64,000 nt of DNA from a virus: positions 5,952-69,951 of the IMG/VR virus record IMGVR_UViG_3300035498_000724; one strand, written 5' to 3'. Every line of letters starts with the position of its first letter. Within the stretch, counting starts at the first letter, position 1. Below are positions 31,482 to 43,813 of the stretch, in pieces. The notes under the pieces are model-generated. The model was not told the origin of the DNA and did not search any database. It saw only the letters and a list, made by a program, of their open reading frames with translations. The translations under genes and the position numbers were made by a program.

Positions 31482-34400
31482 AAATAGTCATTCTCCTTTC
31501 TCTCTAATTCTTCTTCATTTCTTTCTTTAATTTCTTTTAACCATACTTGGAAGTCTTTAGCTTCTTTAATAAACATTTGACTATTTTCTCCCTTTCTACC
31601 TAAAAGAGCTATACATTTTCCCTTTTGTAACAAATCTCCATAAGACTTAAATATACTAGACCAAGCTACAGCTTCTATTATACCGTTAGCTGTATATAAA
31701 TCAACATATGCAAAAACGTTATTATGTTTATCTTTCTTTCTCTTTAAGTCAACAACTACTGCAAGTAAAACACCTTCAGCTCCTTCTTTAACAGCATTCC
31801 AATCAGTTACATAATCTTTTACTTCTTTAAGTGGATTATCTGTTAAAAACATTGATAATGTTTCAAATTCCCACATATATTCATCATCCATATATTTGTC
31901 AATAAGTTCTTGTCTTTGAGTTTCTGCTTTCAAATCCTGCTCATCATCAAATTGTTTTTTACGTCTATGATTATATGCCTCCAATAGAGCTTCGTTATTT
32001 TTCTTTTTATCTGGGTCATTAAATTTTTTAGGGTCTATTCCATATTTCAACAAAGTTGCTTCTTTAGGTGAAGGAATAGTTTTTACTGGCTTATATTCTC
32101 TTTTATCAATTATTGTATTGAAATATATTAATAATTTTTTACGTTTGTCTTTTGTTCCAAATGCTCCAGATTTAATAAGTTGAACAATGTGTGATTTACT
32201 ACAACCACTTCTATCTATAAAGTCTTTTAATCCACTATAAGGTCTATTTTCTAAAATCTTTGTAACAACTGAATCTCCTAATCCTTTTATAGCTTGTAGC
32301 CCAAATAGTATTTGATTATCTTCTGTAACGGCTGTAAAGTCTTTTCTTGATTTATTTATTTGTGGTGGTAAAACATCTATACCTAATTTATAGCACTCAT
32401 TAATTAAGATACCTATTCTTGAAACATCTCCACTATCTGCATTTAAACAAGCTGTCATAAATGCTACTGGATAATGATATTTTAAATAAGCTGTTAGGTA
32501 AGAAAGTAATCCATAAGCTACAGAGTGACCACGGTTAAACGAATAACCAGTTTGTTTTAAAATTAATGCCCACATCTCATCTAACTGTTCTGTTGTCCAA
32601 CCTTTAGCAGTAAGTTTCTCACGGAACTCTGTTTCAAGTTTAGCCATAACATCTAATTTCTTTTTACCAATGGCGCGTCTTGCATTATCTACTTCATTCT
32701 CTGGAAATCCAGCATACCTAAATATTTGAAGCACTTGCTCTTGATAAAGCAATATTAGATTAGTTGTTTTGAATATTGGTCTTAAATCTTCGTGAGTTAA
32801 TTTTGCATTCTCTGGATGTAATTTGTTTTCACAATACTCTGGGAAGCTATCTTTTGTTCCGAGGTCTATTAGCTGCATTGATTCCGCACGATATCTTCAA
32901 TGTTATCTGCTTGCGCTTGGATACACATTTTCCTTGCTTCCAAAGATTCCATTTGGAAAACTCCAACGGTATTACCTGATTTATATATATCATTATACAC
33001 ACTGTCGTCATCAAGATTTAAGTGATTTATATCTACATCGTCCCAAGTAAGCCCTGCAATTTTTAGTGCATCATCAACAATATCTAGTGTTTTTAATCCT
33101 AAGAAATCCATTTTTATAAGAGATAAATCATCCATAGCTGCGTGCATTTCGAGTTGAAGCATTTTATTTCCATCTTTATCTTGACAAAGAGGAGAGTAAT
33201 CTGTTACTGGTCTTGGTGCAATAATTGTTCCTGCTGCGTGTCTTCCGCCTGCTCTTTGGTAACCCGCTCCAGCTGTAATACATAAAAAAACCATTTAGGG
33301 AATTTTTGATATATAGCTGTCATTTTAGGATTTACAGAAAGTACGTTTTGTAGAGTTTCCTCTTTTTCAACCTCTTCTCCTAAGTCATCTAATGTTTTTA
33401 CTGTTGGTATCATTTTTGCAACTTCATCTCTAATATTATAAGGTATTTGTTTATAGTAAGGACTTTCTGGGTCTTCATCTAATACTTTTCCTATATCACG
33501 AATGGCTACTTTTGTTGAAAGTGTGTTATAAGTGCAAATTGGTGCTACATTTTCTTTTCCAAATAGCTCTTCAGATATTGTAACGATTTCTCTTCTTCGC
33601 TCTTTAGAAATATCCATATCGTAGTCTGCCATAGACCTTCTTCCAAGATTGGCGAACCTAGAAAAATCCAATTTCCATCGTACGCTGTCGATTTGAGTTA
33701 CCCCTAAACAATATAAACATAAACAATTTCCTCCTGAACCTCTTGAATATCCTAGTGGGATTCCTTTTGCTTTTGCTGCATTGGTTAGCATTTGTAACAT
33801 TATAAAATATTCGCTATAATGTAATGCTTTAATAACTGGTAATTCTTCGTTAATTCTTTGTCTACGTTTTTCTTTTTGTTCATTAGTCATATTTTTAAAT
33901 CTTTTGTTAAAACCAAGCCATATTAAATGTTCTACATAATCATCACCATTTGCAAATTCTTTAGGAATATCAACAATAGGCATTTGATTATCTTGACCTA
34001 GTCCAATATCTATATTTTCAACCATATCAGCAATTTGTAAAGTATTATCAATAGCTTTTTGAATTAGCTTCATATCTATATCAAATTGAGAGCAGTTATC
34101 TATTACATCTTGATATGTTTGTAAATAACAACCATCATAATTTTCTCCAACTTCACGTTCAGTACCAATTTTAACAAATATGCTATGAACATCTTGTTGG
34201 TCTTTTGAAACCATATGAGCATCTGTTGTGATAATTATATCGTCAGTCCCCATTTCTTCAGCAAATTTTAAGATGTTATTATTTAATTGCATTTGATATT
34301 CATTTGGGTGAGATTGAATCTCTAAATAGAATTTATCAAAAGTTTCTGTTGCTAAGTTATAAAAAGTTTTTGCTTCGTCTTTTTTGCCTAATTCTAAGTA

Positions 34401-34850
34401 TCTACTGATACGACCAATCATACAAGCAGAGCAAGCAATAATACCTTTTCCCCAACCATTTTCTTTTATCCTTTGTAGTTCTATTAACGGTTTCTTATAG
34501 AATCCATCAGTAGCTGCCCAACTAGATATTTTAAAAAGGTTTTGCAATCCTTCTTTATTCCTAGCAAGAAGTATTAAATGGTATCTTGGTTGTTTATAAT
34601 CTTTTGAATCAGCTTTTTCTAAAGCATTGTCCACTTCATAAGCTTCTTCTCCAATGATTGGTTTAATACCATAAGCTTTACATTCTTTAACAAAATCTAC
34701 AAAACCAGACATATATCCGTGGTCTGTAATTGCTATTGCTGGTTGATTGTTATCTACTGCAAATTTTACCATATCTGGTATTTTTACAATACTATCAAGA
34801 AGTGAACCAACGGCTGTATGAACGTGTAAATTTACAAAATTATTTTCCAT
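31472..34850 (-). CDS. dnaE: DNA polymerase III alpha subunit (DnaE-type), interrupted by two -1 frameshifts (3 ORF fragments)
   Basis: N-terminal PHP domain (NLHVHTAVGSLLDS), middle GRHAAGTIIAP...GVFQMES, and C-terminal FNRGHSVAYGLLSYLTAYLKYHYP plus OB region. Frame junctions fall near 33242-33251 (CTTCCGCCTG) and 32869-32885. Each is restorable by one inserted nucleotide. Confidence 0.8.
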
Positions 34851-34939
34851 ACTTTCCTCCCTTCTTAATTATTAAAAAATCTTTCAACTTTTATGATGAA
34901 AGTATATCATAAGCTGAAAGATTTGTCAAGTAATTTTTA

Positions 34940-35599
34940 CTAAAAAGTGAAATCATTTATATTGTTTTCTACTTCAACTATTTCGTAATCATCTACTATC
35001 ATTTGATTTTTTGTTCTTCCTGCAAAACTGCTTATCCCAAGCTTTCCAACAACATTGATTGCATATTGTTTTGCTGGGTCATAATCTAAACCTTTTGCCA
35101 TTCTTAGGATAAGGTCATCATCTTGACATTTAAAGAACATAAATTCAATTTTTGAATGGATATATTTAACAGTATCTTCTTTTTTTCCTAATGTTCCTAA
35201 GCTCATTGGATAAAGAGGGATGTTCTCTATAACAAAAGTTGGTTCTTCTACTCCTTTTCCCCATAAATTCTTATATGTTTGAATTAAGAAGAAATCAGAA
35301 GGAGAGATTTCAGATATGTCTGAAATAATAAAGTCAACAATGTGTTCATTTTGCAATACTTCATTTCCATACCTATTTCTAAAATAATCTTGTATTGCTT
35401 CTTTATCATCTGTTTTGTAAGCGAAACCAGCTGCTTGTTGATGCCCTTGAACAAAAGTAAATAAGTTACTATTTTCGCAAGTGTCTTTGAAATTTATATC
35501 AGGAAATCCATTGTTTACTCTTAAAGAGCCTGATATAGAACCTTTAAATTTTTCATTACCTAAAACAACAGGTCTTTTATATTTTGATGCTAAATTCAT
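34940..35599 (-). CDS. RecJ-like exonuclease, DHHA1 C-terminal part (separate ORF or frameshifted continuation)
   Basis: DHHA1-like GHQQAAGFA motif. Its frame opens right where the upstream DHH ORF stops. The two ORFs combined give about 570 aa, the size of RecJ. Confidence 0.45.
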   Translation of the reverse strand: MNLASKYKRPVVLGNEKFKGSISGSLRVNNGFPDINFKDTCENSNLFTFVQGHQQAAGFAYKTDDKEAIQDYFRNRYGNEVLQNEHIVDFIISDISEISPSDFFLIQTYKNLWGKGVEEPTFVIENIPLYPMSLGTLGKKEDTVKYIHSKIEFMFFKCQDDDLILRMAKGLDYDPAKQYAINVVGKLGISSFAGRTKNQMIVDDYEIVEVENNINDFTF

Positions 35600-35631
35600 A
35601 GCAGTTAAACCTATTATTTCGTTATTATCAA

Positions 35632-36669
35632 CTAAACTAAATCTTCTGGTTTGATTTCTTTAGAAATGTCTTCTAATAGTTTTTGTTTTTCTTCATCTTG
35701 AGCCTCTTTATAATTTTGCATTGCATTAATTACTTCTTTGCAAATACCTTTTCTAGTTGATAAATCTTCTTCTGGAGATATAAAGCAAGTAAACAATTTT
35801 TCTTTTTCTTCAACTGTTCCTAATCTCAATAGGGCATTAACTAATGGAGCAATCTTAAATGATACATCTATTGGATAAATATATCTTTCTAAATCGTTTC
35901 CTACATCAACACCAGTTTTCTTTATTAATATCTTTAAAAAAGGGTTTACTAAGTGCTCTTGTAAAATTCCTTGTTGAATATAATATCTTGTTTCATAGTC
36001 GCTAGTATTCATAACATCTGCTATGTTTCCTAGTGCAACTAAATCTAAATAATCGTCTGCGTGGCTAATAAAAAATTCGTCATCTAAAGCTTGTAAAAAT
36101 CTATATACAATTCCAACTCCAGAAAATGATTTATTTTTATAATCATTAGATATTTGATTATTTATTATTATTGCATCTTCACTTTCTTTATCTACAACGT
36201 GGTGGTCTATAACTAAAATATCAATATCTTCATTGTGTAATCTTTTGTGTTCTTCTAAATCATTACTACCACCATCTGGAGTAATAATTAATTTCGTTTC
36301 TGAATTTATTACTATATCTTTAGAAAAACCGTGTCCTTTTCCACTATGTGTTACTATATCCCAATTTATCTTTGGTAAGTCTTCTTCTTTTGTAAGTGTT
36401 TCTAAATAATTATATAAAGCAGCTGATGAACATATACCGTCAACATCAGGGTCAACGACTAATGAAATCATATCTTCATTTTTAATATGTTTAAGTAAGA
36501 CTTCAACTCCTTTATGTATATTATTTAGATTAGAGTATGAATTTTGTTCTAAATCTTCTTTGTTACTATTCATAAACTCTTCAATATTTATTATTCCTCT
36601 ATTTGTAAGAACTGTCTTAATTAAATGATTAATATCATTTGCACTATTTTCAATTAGCTTATATTTCAT
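35632..36669 (-). CDS. RecJ-like DHH-family phosphoesterase, N-terminal part
   Basis: DHH motifs DPDVDGICSS and VIDHH. 345 aa. Confidence 0.6.
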   Translation of the reverse strand: MKYKLIENSANDINHLIKTVLTNRGIINIEEFMNSNKEDLEQNSYSNLNNIHKGVEVLLKHIKNEDMISLVVDPDVDGICSSAALYNYLETLTKEEDLPKINWDIVTHSGKGHGFSKDIVINSETKLIITPDGGSNDLEEHKRLHNEDIDILVIDHHVVDKESEDAIIINNQISNDYKNKSFSGVGIVYRFLQALDDEFFISHADDYLDLVALGNIADVMNTSDYETRYYIQQGILQEHLVNPFLKILIKKTGVDVGNDLERYIYPIDVSFKIAPLVNALLRLGTVEEKEKLFTCFISPEEDLSTRKGICKEVINAMQNYKEAQDEEKQKLLEDISKEIKPEDLV

Positions 36670-36683
36670 TTATTTCGTACTCC

Positions 36684-37707
36684 TTACATAAAAATTTTTC
36701 TGCCTTCGTATAACACTTTCCATTTGTCAGGGTTATCCATAGGACTTTCTTTTTCGTTTAAAACTCCAATTTTATCAATGATATACTCAACTTGTCGAAA
36801 CGCTGAAACCCTTGCGGCTGTAAGCTTTACGTCATTTTCGGATACATCTTTATCGAATGCAATAATCACCTTATTTGCACCCGTTTGCATAATAAGTGTT
36901 AATTGCCAGTCACTTAATGCGTGTCCTCCAATTCCTACTGCATTTTTGAACCCATAATCCCATAATTGCATTACTCCTTTTTCACTTTCGCAAATGATTA
37001 TCTCATTTTGTTCTCTAATATAAGGTAATGTTTTATAAAGACCAAATAAGATTTTACTTTTAGCGCATTGATGTAAATATATATATTTAGGATTATATTC
37101 ATCAACTACATCCCAAACTCTACGACCTTTAACTCCTACTAATCTTCCTAATTCATCTCTTATAGGAATTGTTATTCTATGTGAATGAATGTCTATCCCT
37201 AATCCGAAATTCTGTTTGTGTTCCACGTGAAATATTATCTTTTAAGAACTCTGTATTATTCCAATCAAGATATGATTTTAATATTCCTTCATCTATTGGT
37301 TTCAAAGGAATTTCTAATGCTTCTCTCTTTTCATTCATTAAAGCTAGAACATTATTTTTATAACTAATAGATGTATCAATAATTTGTTCTTCACTATAAT
37401 AATCTAAACCTAATAAATCACAAAGCCAATTAATAGATTCTGTAAAGAAACATTGTCTTATAAAAGTTACCAATGAAATAATATCAGAAATTCCGTAAGC
37501 GTCTTTAATGTCTCTTGTGTAGGCAATAACACCTAGAAAAGAATCGTTATAGACTGTAGTTGAATTAGGATTGTCACCATCTGGCATTCCGCAAGTTACA
37601 TATTCGTTGCCACTATGCCATTTGATATGATGCATCCCAAGTTGTTCTAAAACATATTCAACTTGATTATTATTAAAGATATATTCTTTAATTGATTTTG
37701 CTTCCAT
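36684..37707 (-). CDS. DNA primase (zinc-binding domain plus TOPRIM), split by a +1 frameshift
   Basis: The upstream ORF has a Zn-ribbon-like region (WHSGNEYVTCGMPDGDN). The downstream ORF has TOPRIM (ICESEKG, AFDKD). They overlap by 50 nt, and removing one nucleotide near 37222-37228 (CCACGTG) fuses them. Confidence 0.65.
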
Positions 37708-37727
37708 AACTTCTCCTTTCTAAGACA

Positions 37728-39515
37728 TTATCCGTCTATATCTGCGTCCCATTGAGAAACGGTAGTTTGTGTTTGAGTTCCATCAGGATTTTGTTTTACT
37801 TCTTGTTTCTTTTTTGAACCATTGACATTTCTTGCTAGACTAACTCTACCTTCTTCAGTCCAGACATTAGTATCAAGATTTAATGAGAATAACAAATCTG
37901 GTTTACTTCCTGCTCTGTTCTTATCTATCTTACATACATAATATCTTTTGTTATTATCTAATGTCTGTAGTTCCATTTCTGCTGGGTTATCATTAATTGA
38001 CGTCCAATATCTATATTGTTTATAATCAGAAATTGGAATCTCTCTGAATAAACATAATGCGTCTAAAACGTGCTTGATTTGTTTAGAGTTTGCTATATTA
38101 TTTGAAGTAAGTTCTAATGGTTGACATAGAGCTGCATCATCTGTCAACTGAATGTTTGCTCCAATAAATATGTTCTTTTTCTTTGCGATTTCAGATAATA
38201 TTGTAGCTGTCTTTTTCATAGCTGCCCAATCTCCCATTGCATCTTTGTCGCTTTTAAATGTGTCATAAAAAACATAATTGATTTCTTCAGTTAAGCAAGT
38301 ATTCTCTATAATTTGTTTTAAATCGCTATCTGAATATTCGCTTCCTGTTTCAACAATTAGTATATGTTTTGACATCTTTTTATCTATCCATTGAGCAACT
38401 TTTCTAACGTTGTTAAATTGAGAAGACATTTTTTCTACTCTTTTTTCGTATTCTTGAGGTGTTTCAGCGTGTTCTCCACTTTCGGGGTCTATAATGTGAA
38501 CTACTTCGCCATTAACAACTCCATCATCTCCTCTAAATTCTGGGTCTGCTTTATAAACTCCATTCTGTAAAGAATTTTGTTTTAATTCCATTTCTATTCC
38601 GTGAAGTTTTTGTATGTCTGGGTTGTTTATTGCTGTAGTAATCAAACAAGCTCTCATTTCTTCTTCTGTCATCTCATTTGATATAATTAAAACATTTTCA
38701 TCTTGAACAAATGCTAAGTTACTAATAAGCCTCATTAAGAATCTACTTTTTCCTGCATTTGATAACATACCCCAAGCCATAAATTGACCTTTACGAATAC
38801 CTTGAAAGACTTGTGTCATTAAAGGAAATGCAAAAGCTAAACCTTGTTCTGGGAACTGCAATTTATCAATTACAAAGTCATCACAACAACTTGTTAAATC
38901 TTTCATTTCTTCTGTATTTGCAACGTCAATATATACCTTATTTACTGTTTTAGACATAAGTTGTAAAATATCTCTTGGTTTCATTGTATTAAATGTTTTC
39001 CATTGAACAACTCTTTCAGCTTGAGATTTTAATCCCATTCTCCAGTATTGTCTAACTAAAGAATAATTTTTTACTAGGTTGTAATAATTCTCTATATTCT
39101 TAACTGAATCACTTTCTTCTGCCATTTTTATAACAAACTTAACCCAACTATATCCGCCGTAAGTTTGATATTTTTTCATTCTATCTATATTATCTGCCAT
39201 ATACGCATTAACGGTATATTCAGATATTTTCCAATTATTTATCTTTCCCATTTCTACAAGAGTTTCATAAAAGAATCTATTTGCGTCTGTTGTGAAATCC
39301 CATTTTGGTCTCATTGATTCTTCAAATCTTTTTATAACTTTAGGATTAAGATAAGAAGAACCTATAAAGGTTAGTTCGGTAAACATAGACCTTAAGGTTT
39401 CTGGCATACCAACTAGCGATTTATCTACGTCTATTTCGTTCATAGAGATAAATTGGTCAACAGTTTCTTTATTATATCCAACTATTTCTATATCTTCAAT
39501 GTTGTCAAATTCCAA
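37728..39515 (-). CDS. DnaB-like replicative helicase
   Basis: 595 aa with a P-loop GMLSNAGKSRFL. Lies adjacent to the primase. Confidence 0.55.
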   Translation of the reverse strand: MEFDNIEDIEIVGYNKETVDQFISMNEIDVDKSLVGMPETLRSMFTELTFIGSSYLNPKVIKRFEESMRPKWDFTTDANRFFYETLVEMGKINNWKISEYTVNAYMADNIDRMKKYQTYGGYSWVKFVIKMAEESDSVKNIENYYNLVKNYSLVRQYWRMGLKSQAERVVQWKTFNTMKPRDILQLMSKTVNKVYIDVANTEEMKDLTSCCDDFVIDKLQFPEQGLAFAFPLMTQVFQGIRKGQFMAWGMLSNAGKSRFLMRLISNLAFVQDENVLIISNEMTEEEMRACLITTAINNPDIQKLHGIEMELKQNSLQNGVYKADPEFRGDDGVVNGEVVHIIDPESGEHAETPQEYEKRVEKMSSQFNNVRKVAQWIDKKMSKHILIVETGSEYSDSDLKQIIENTCLTEEINYVFYDTFKSDKDAMGDWAAMKKTATILSEIAKKKNIFIGANIQLTDDAALCQPLELTSNNIANSKQIKHVLDALCLFREIPISDYKQYRYWTSINDNPAEMELQTLDNNKRYYVCKIDKNRAGSKPDLLFSLNLDTNVWTEEGRVSLARNVNGSKKKQEVKQNPDGTQTQTTVSQWDADIDG

Positions 39516-39531
39516 GATAGATTCCCTCCTT

Positions 39532-40296
39532 CTACTCTAAGTCACTTAAAAGTTCTTCTTCTATAAACTTCTCCATTGACTCTAATTTCTTAAATTTTTC
39601 TTTACTCTCTTTTTGACGTTTTTTGTCAAAACCTTGAAGAGCTTGAGAGAAATCTCTTAACTCTTCTCCACCGTCTATTTTATTGTTGTTTATTTGATTA
39701 TACTTAACTTCTCTTCTATTACAATAATCATCTAAGTTGTTTATAACTATTGCTATATCATAGAAGATTCTTGACAAAGCATTTATATATCCATCTTTTT
39801 TATTTTTGTTAGAATATGCTTTATCTAAATCTTTTCTGTAATATACAAGCATATCTTTTAATTGAAAATATGGAATTTGGATATCTCGAATTTCTCCATA
39901 TTCTTCTCCACTATTTAGGCTATCTACAAAAGAATTTAATTTCTTTGTTGCTGCTTTTAATCCATAATATCCATAGAAATAATTAAATAGTTCATCTCTA
40001 TCTTTCTTTGTTGCTTTTCTTGTAGTTAGTTTGTTCTTTGTTAGACCGCCTTTTTTCAACTTTTTAGATATATGAGCTTCGTGTCTTCTTTCAGCATCTT
40101 CAACTAATTCTGCAATTTCTTTAGGAGGGAGTTTTTTCTTTTTATAGTACTCGATTAAACATAAGTAATGAAAGTGTTTTCCTCCGCCACTTTTAGGAAT
40201 AAAAGGATAACCCATTTCGGTAGTAGTATATTTTGTCTTTTCATTATGGTCTATTTCTTTATTACAACCATCACAAATCCAATATTCTACGTGCAT
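39532..40296 (-). CDS. hypothetical protein with N-terminal Cys/His cluster
   Basis: 254 aa (ICDGCNKEIDH...HYLC). Confidence 0.3.
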   Translation of the reverse strand: MHVEYWICDGCNKEIDHNEKTKYTTTEMGYPFIPKSGGGKHFHYLCLIEYYKKKKLPPKEIAELVEDAERRHEAHISKKLKKGGLTKNKLTTRKATKKDRDELFNYFYGYYGLKAATKKLNSFVDSLNSGEEYGEIRDIQIPYFQLKDMLVYYRKDLDKAYSNKNKKDGYINALSRIFYDIAIVINNLDDYCNRREVKYNQINNNKIDGGEELRDFSQALQGFDKKRQKESKEKFKKLESMEKFIEEELLSDLE

Positions 40297-40359
40297 ATTC
40301 TCCTCCTTCTCTTTAAAAATAAGGCATACAATAAGTAATGTATGCCTTACTCTAAAAGA

Positions 40360-41559
40360 TTATAATGTTATTCCTAGGTCTTCTGCCCAAGCAACGATTG
40401 CATCTCTAACTTCTTTTAAGGCTTCTTTGTCTGTGTATTTTAAAGGATTTTTCTCTTTAAATCCTTTTTCTGCATATAATGCACCTAATTTTGTTTGAAG
40501 TGTTTTGTCTGAATTTGCTTTTATACTTTTAATATAATTTGCAACTTCTGTTTTTAAAGCGTCTAAGTCTGTGTCATAATCACTTACATCAAGTACAGAT
40601 TCTCCAACTGTTGCAACTGTTTTCTTTTCTTGATATTGAATTTCTTGAGCAACACTTTCTGCTATAGAATTTTTAACTAAGAATTCTTGTTTATCTTTAT
40701 TTCCAGAGATAATTACTTGCCAGTCTATTAAAGAAGGATTCTTAATTATTTCATTTTGCTCTTTAACTCTTGTTCTGTCTTTGTTCTCAACTTGTGCACA
40801 GATTTCTCCATCTTCATTTAAGAATGTATGTAAAACAGTCTTTACGTTATAATCAACTTGTTTAAATCCTTGTGGAAGAACTTTACCTGTTTTAACACTT
40901 ACGAATTGTCCGTCATCATTCTTTTCACTTCTTGTTTCTTCTGCTTCTCTTGTTGTTACTACAAAGTGTTTTCCAGAAGCCATTAAGTCAAGTATTAATT
41001 CTTTTCCTCTTAATGCTAAAGATTGGTAATCCTTAATTTCCATTCCTGCACCTTCAATAGCAACTACTTTTTCAGCACCTGACATTTGTTTCTTTTGTGC
41101 TCTAACAGCAGCTCTTTTCTTAGAGAATTGATTTAAAGCGTCTATGCAAGAATCATATAATACTGTTAATGAGTCAACTACTATTGCATCTGGGACGAAT
41201 GTTGTACCATCTTCGTTGTCTAGGCTAAAGTTTGTATTTGTTTGAGAATCAAATAACATAATTGGTTTATTTGGGTTGCAATCTTTTGCTTGTTTAATTA
41301 TTTCTTTAACTTCTTCTAGTGATGTAGAGTAAACAACATATATATTGCTTACATCAACTCCTTCAGAAGCTTTATAGTTTAATAAATCGTCTATTGAACC
41401 ATTTTCTGTATCAATATATAATACTCTCATTGGTTCTCCTGCTTCATTCTTCATATCTCCAAGTTGAGCAGCTAAACTTGATTTCCAAGTTCCTTTATCT
41501 CCATAAATTAAGAAACCTAATTTTGATTGGATTTGACCTCCACGTCTTGCTTGAGCCAT
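40360..41559 (-). CDS. RecA-superfamily ATPase (Sak4/recombinase-like, putative)
   Basis: Walker A-like YGDKGTWKSSL. 399 aa. Sits in the replication/recombination module. Confidence 0.4.
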   Translation of the reverse strand: MAQARRGGQIQSKLGFLIYGDKGTWKSSLAAQLGDMKNEAGEPMRVLYIDTENGSIDDLLNYKASEGVDVSNIYVVYSTSLEEVKEIIKQAKDCNPNKPIMLFDSQTNTNFSLDNEDGTTFVPDAIVVDSLTVLYDSCIDALNQFSKKRAAVRAQKKQMSGAEKVVAIEGAGMEIKDYQSLALRGKELILDLMASGKHFVVTTREAEETRSEKNDDGQFVSVKTGKVLPQGFKQVDYNVKTVLHTFLNEDGEICAQVENKDRTRVKEQNEIIKNPSLIDWQVIISGNKDKQEFLVKNSIAESVAQEIQYQEKKTVATVGESVLDVSDYDTDLDALKTEVANYIKSIKANSDKTLQTKLGALYAEKGFKEKNPLKYTDKEALKEVRDAIVAWAEDLGITL

Positions 41560-41636
41560 TTTATCTACCTTCCTTTTCAGTTTTTTCTAAAATTTATTTT
41601 ACTTACAGGGCATTTCTGCCCCATAAGTATTTTTGA

Positions 41637-42719
41637 CTAAAATACAAAATCTTCAGCGTCTGCTTTTTCAACAGTATTTGTGCTTTCTCCGAATTCTTGT
41701 CTTGGTCTAATGAATTGGTCGATGAATTGTTGAACATTTTCTTCAGTATATTCAGTTCCATTATCAACTTGTGGAATTCCTTCTTTTGTTTCAATACCAT
41801 TAATTACAAACTCTCTTACGAAATTTCCACCTGTTTGTCTTTGCATTGGGTTTGATTTAACAGGAACTTTTACTCCCATTACTTCAACAAATTCTTCAGA
41901 TGCCTCTTGTTCTTTAACGGCTCCATTTACTAATGAACCGAAAACTGTCATTGAAACATATTTTTTAGCACTCTTTATAACTTGTAATAGACTTGCATAT
42001 TGAGTATATACATCATCTCTCATTATAAAGTCTTGTCTTCCCATTCTTTGGTTACCAATAATGATAGCTGTGATTGTTGCTTCATTTGTTCCTGATTTTT
42101 CTACTTCATCAATGATTATTTTTTGTGTAAAGTTTGCTTTTTCTGCAAATTTTTCACTTGTAAAATCAACTTCTTCTCCTGTGTGGAAAATACTTGTAGG
42201 AACTAATCTTACAGCTGTTCCAGTATTTCCATTTCTTGTTGTGTAGTCTTCAATTTGGATATTTCCACGAACGTGAACTGAATCTCCAACTTTGAATTCT
42301 TCAAGAACTTCTGGGATTGCATCATAAGTTAATTTATGAACTGTTGCTCTTTTTTCGTTTCCTTTATCATCTTTTGTCATTCCTTTATGGAAAGAAACTC
42401 TATCTATTGGTTGATATCCTTCCATATTAAATTTTAATCTATCATTCCATTTAACTTCTTTAATGTCATTTTTTCTATTTCCGTCTTTATCAACTTCTGT
42501 TTTGCTGAAGTAAACCTTCTCAGCTTGATAAGCTCTTAATTGTAATCTGTGAGAATGTCCTTCTGCTGTATCTAAGTTGAATACTAATGTTCTCATTGAA
42601 TTACCTTTAGATGTTTGTGCTTCGTATTCTTGGTTTTTGTCGAAATTTGAAATAATTCCTACAAATTCAAAAGTACCTCTTGTAGCATTAATTTCTTGTT
42701 TTGCAACTTCGTCTGCCAT
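41637..42719 (-). CDS. putative ssDNA-binding protein (OB-fold)
   Basis: 360 aa with an acidic C-terminal tail ending DAEDFVF, which resembles SSB tails. Located in the replication module. Confidence 0.4.
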   Translation of the reverse strand: MADEVAKQEINATRGTFEFVGIISNFDKNQEYEAQTSKGNSMRTLVFNLDTAEGHSHRLQLRAYQAEKVYFSKTEVDKDGNRKNDIKEVKWNDRLKFNMEGYQPIDRVSFHKGMTKDDKGNEKRATVHKLTYDAIPEVLEEFKVGDSVHVRGNIQIEDYTTRNGNTGTAVRLVPTSIFHTGEEVDFTSEKFAEKANFTQKIIIDEVEKSGTNEATITAIIIGNQRMGRQDFIMRDDVYTQYASLLQVIKSAKKYVSMTVFGSLVNGAVKEQEASEEFVEVMGVKVPVKSNPMQRQTGGNFVREFVINGIETKEGIPQVDNGTEYTEENVQQFIDQFIRPRQEFGESTNTVEKADAEDFVF

Positions 42720-42732
42720 TTAAAATTCCTCC

Positions 42733-43281
42733 TTATTTTTTTAAAATATCTGTCATTATGTCTTTATATTTATTGATTGTATTTAAAACTTTTTTAGTTG
42801 AGCAGTTATTTAATTCTGCACACTTTTGTAAAGAATATTCTTTACAAAGTCTGTCATTTAAAATTTTTTCTTCTGTTTGTGAAACTTTCTTATTTGTTAT
42901 CCTTAGCCTATCGTTTAATTCCTCGATAATGTTTATTCGGAAACATTCATCTAAATCATAAGATTCTTCAGATAAAGCAGGGCTGCTATCTATATCTTCG
43001 CATCTTAATGAAACAAATTCTTTTTTAAGGTAGTTTAAACAATAGCCACAGATATATTTATAAGCGAATGTTGTAAATTTTACATCAGTTGATTGACTGC
43101 TTGGGTTATATTTCAACTTAGCTTCTAGTAAACCAATGTATCCTTCTTGGAATAAATCCTCTTCTAAACCATTGTAGTAATATTTATCATTTATTTTAGA
43201 CAAGAGTTTATGGACTACTGACCAAATTAACTTATCATATTGCATACTTTCTTCTTGCATATTATTCACCTGCTTCTGCAA
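42733..43281 (-). CDS. RNA polymerase sigma factor (sigma-70/ECF-like)
   Basis: Region-2-like LFQEGYIGLLEA and a C-terminal HTH. Confidence 0.55.
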   Translation of the reverse strand: MQKQVNNMQEESMQYDKLIWSVVHKLLSKINDKYYYNGLEEDLFQEGYIGLLEAKLKYNPSSQSTDVKFTTFAYKYICGYCLNYLKKEFVSLRCEDIDSSPALSEESYDLDECFRINIIEELNDRLRITNKKVSQTEEKILNDRLCKEYSLQKCAELNNCSTKKVLNTINKYKDIMTDILKK

Positions 43282-43813
43282 TATAATCTTTGCTTTCTTG
43301 ACCTAGTCTAAAAGCAACTCTAGCTGGGCTTGATACAATATTAACGCCTTCAAATGTTTCGCCTGATTGTATAGCCTTTTTAATATCACTCTTTTTAACT
43401 TCTTTAGATACTTTTAAGTATTGTTCTGGAATCTTATCGTAATCTACATTCTCATCAACTTCTACTTTTTCTGTTGTACTATCTAAAGCTAGTGTTATGT
43501 TTCCCAATGGTGTTGCAATTTTTGGACACTTCAAAGTTCTCATATTTTCTGACAACCTATCTTTTAGTCTTTCAATTCCTGCTTCTTTAGAAGATTTAAT
43601 CGTTTGTAATCTTTTTATTTCGTTTTTTAGTGATTCAATGTCTGCCATTTCGTTTATATAATACTTTACGATGTCTTTACTTTGACTTGCAATGGCTGTT
43701 GACAATTTTTGTTCTAGCTCTTTCACTTCCCATTCTTCTAAAACATCTCTGTCCATTAAATCAACAAGGTTTTCGAAATCTTGAGAAACTTTATATAAAG
43801 TAAAATCGCTCAT
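43262..43813 (-). CDS. hypothetical protein
   Basis: 183 aa. RBS AAAGGAGGTG. Confidence 0.35.
   Translation of the reverse strand: MSDFTLYKVSQDFENLVDLMDRDVLEEWEVKELEQKLSTAIASQSKDIVKYYINEMADIESLKNEIKRLQTIKSSKEAGIERLKDRLSENMRTLKCPKIATPLGNITLALDSTTEKVEVDENVDYDKIPEQYLKVSKEVKKSDIKKAIQSGETFEGVNIVSSPARVAFRLGQESKDYIAEAGE

Noticed and set aside
41565-41640. Hairpin GGGCATTTCTGCCC downstream of the SSB-like gene as an intrinsic terminator
   Set aside because: The hairpin is not followed by a clean U-tract on the transcribed (minus) strand. It may be a weak terminator or only an RNA structure.
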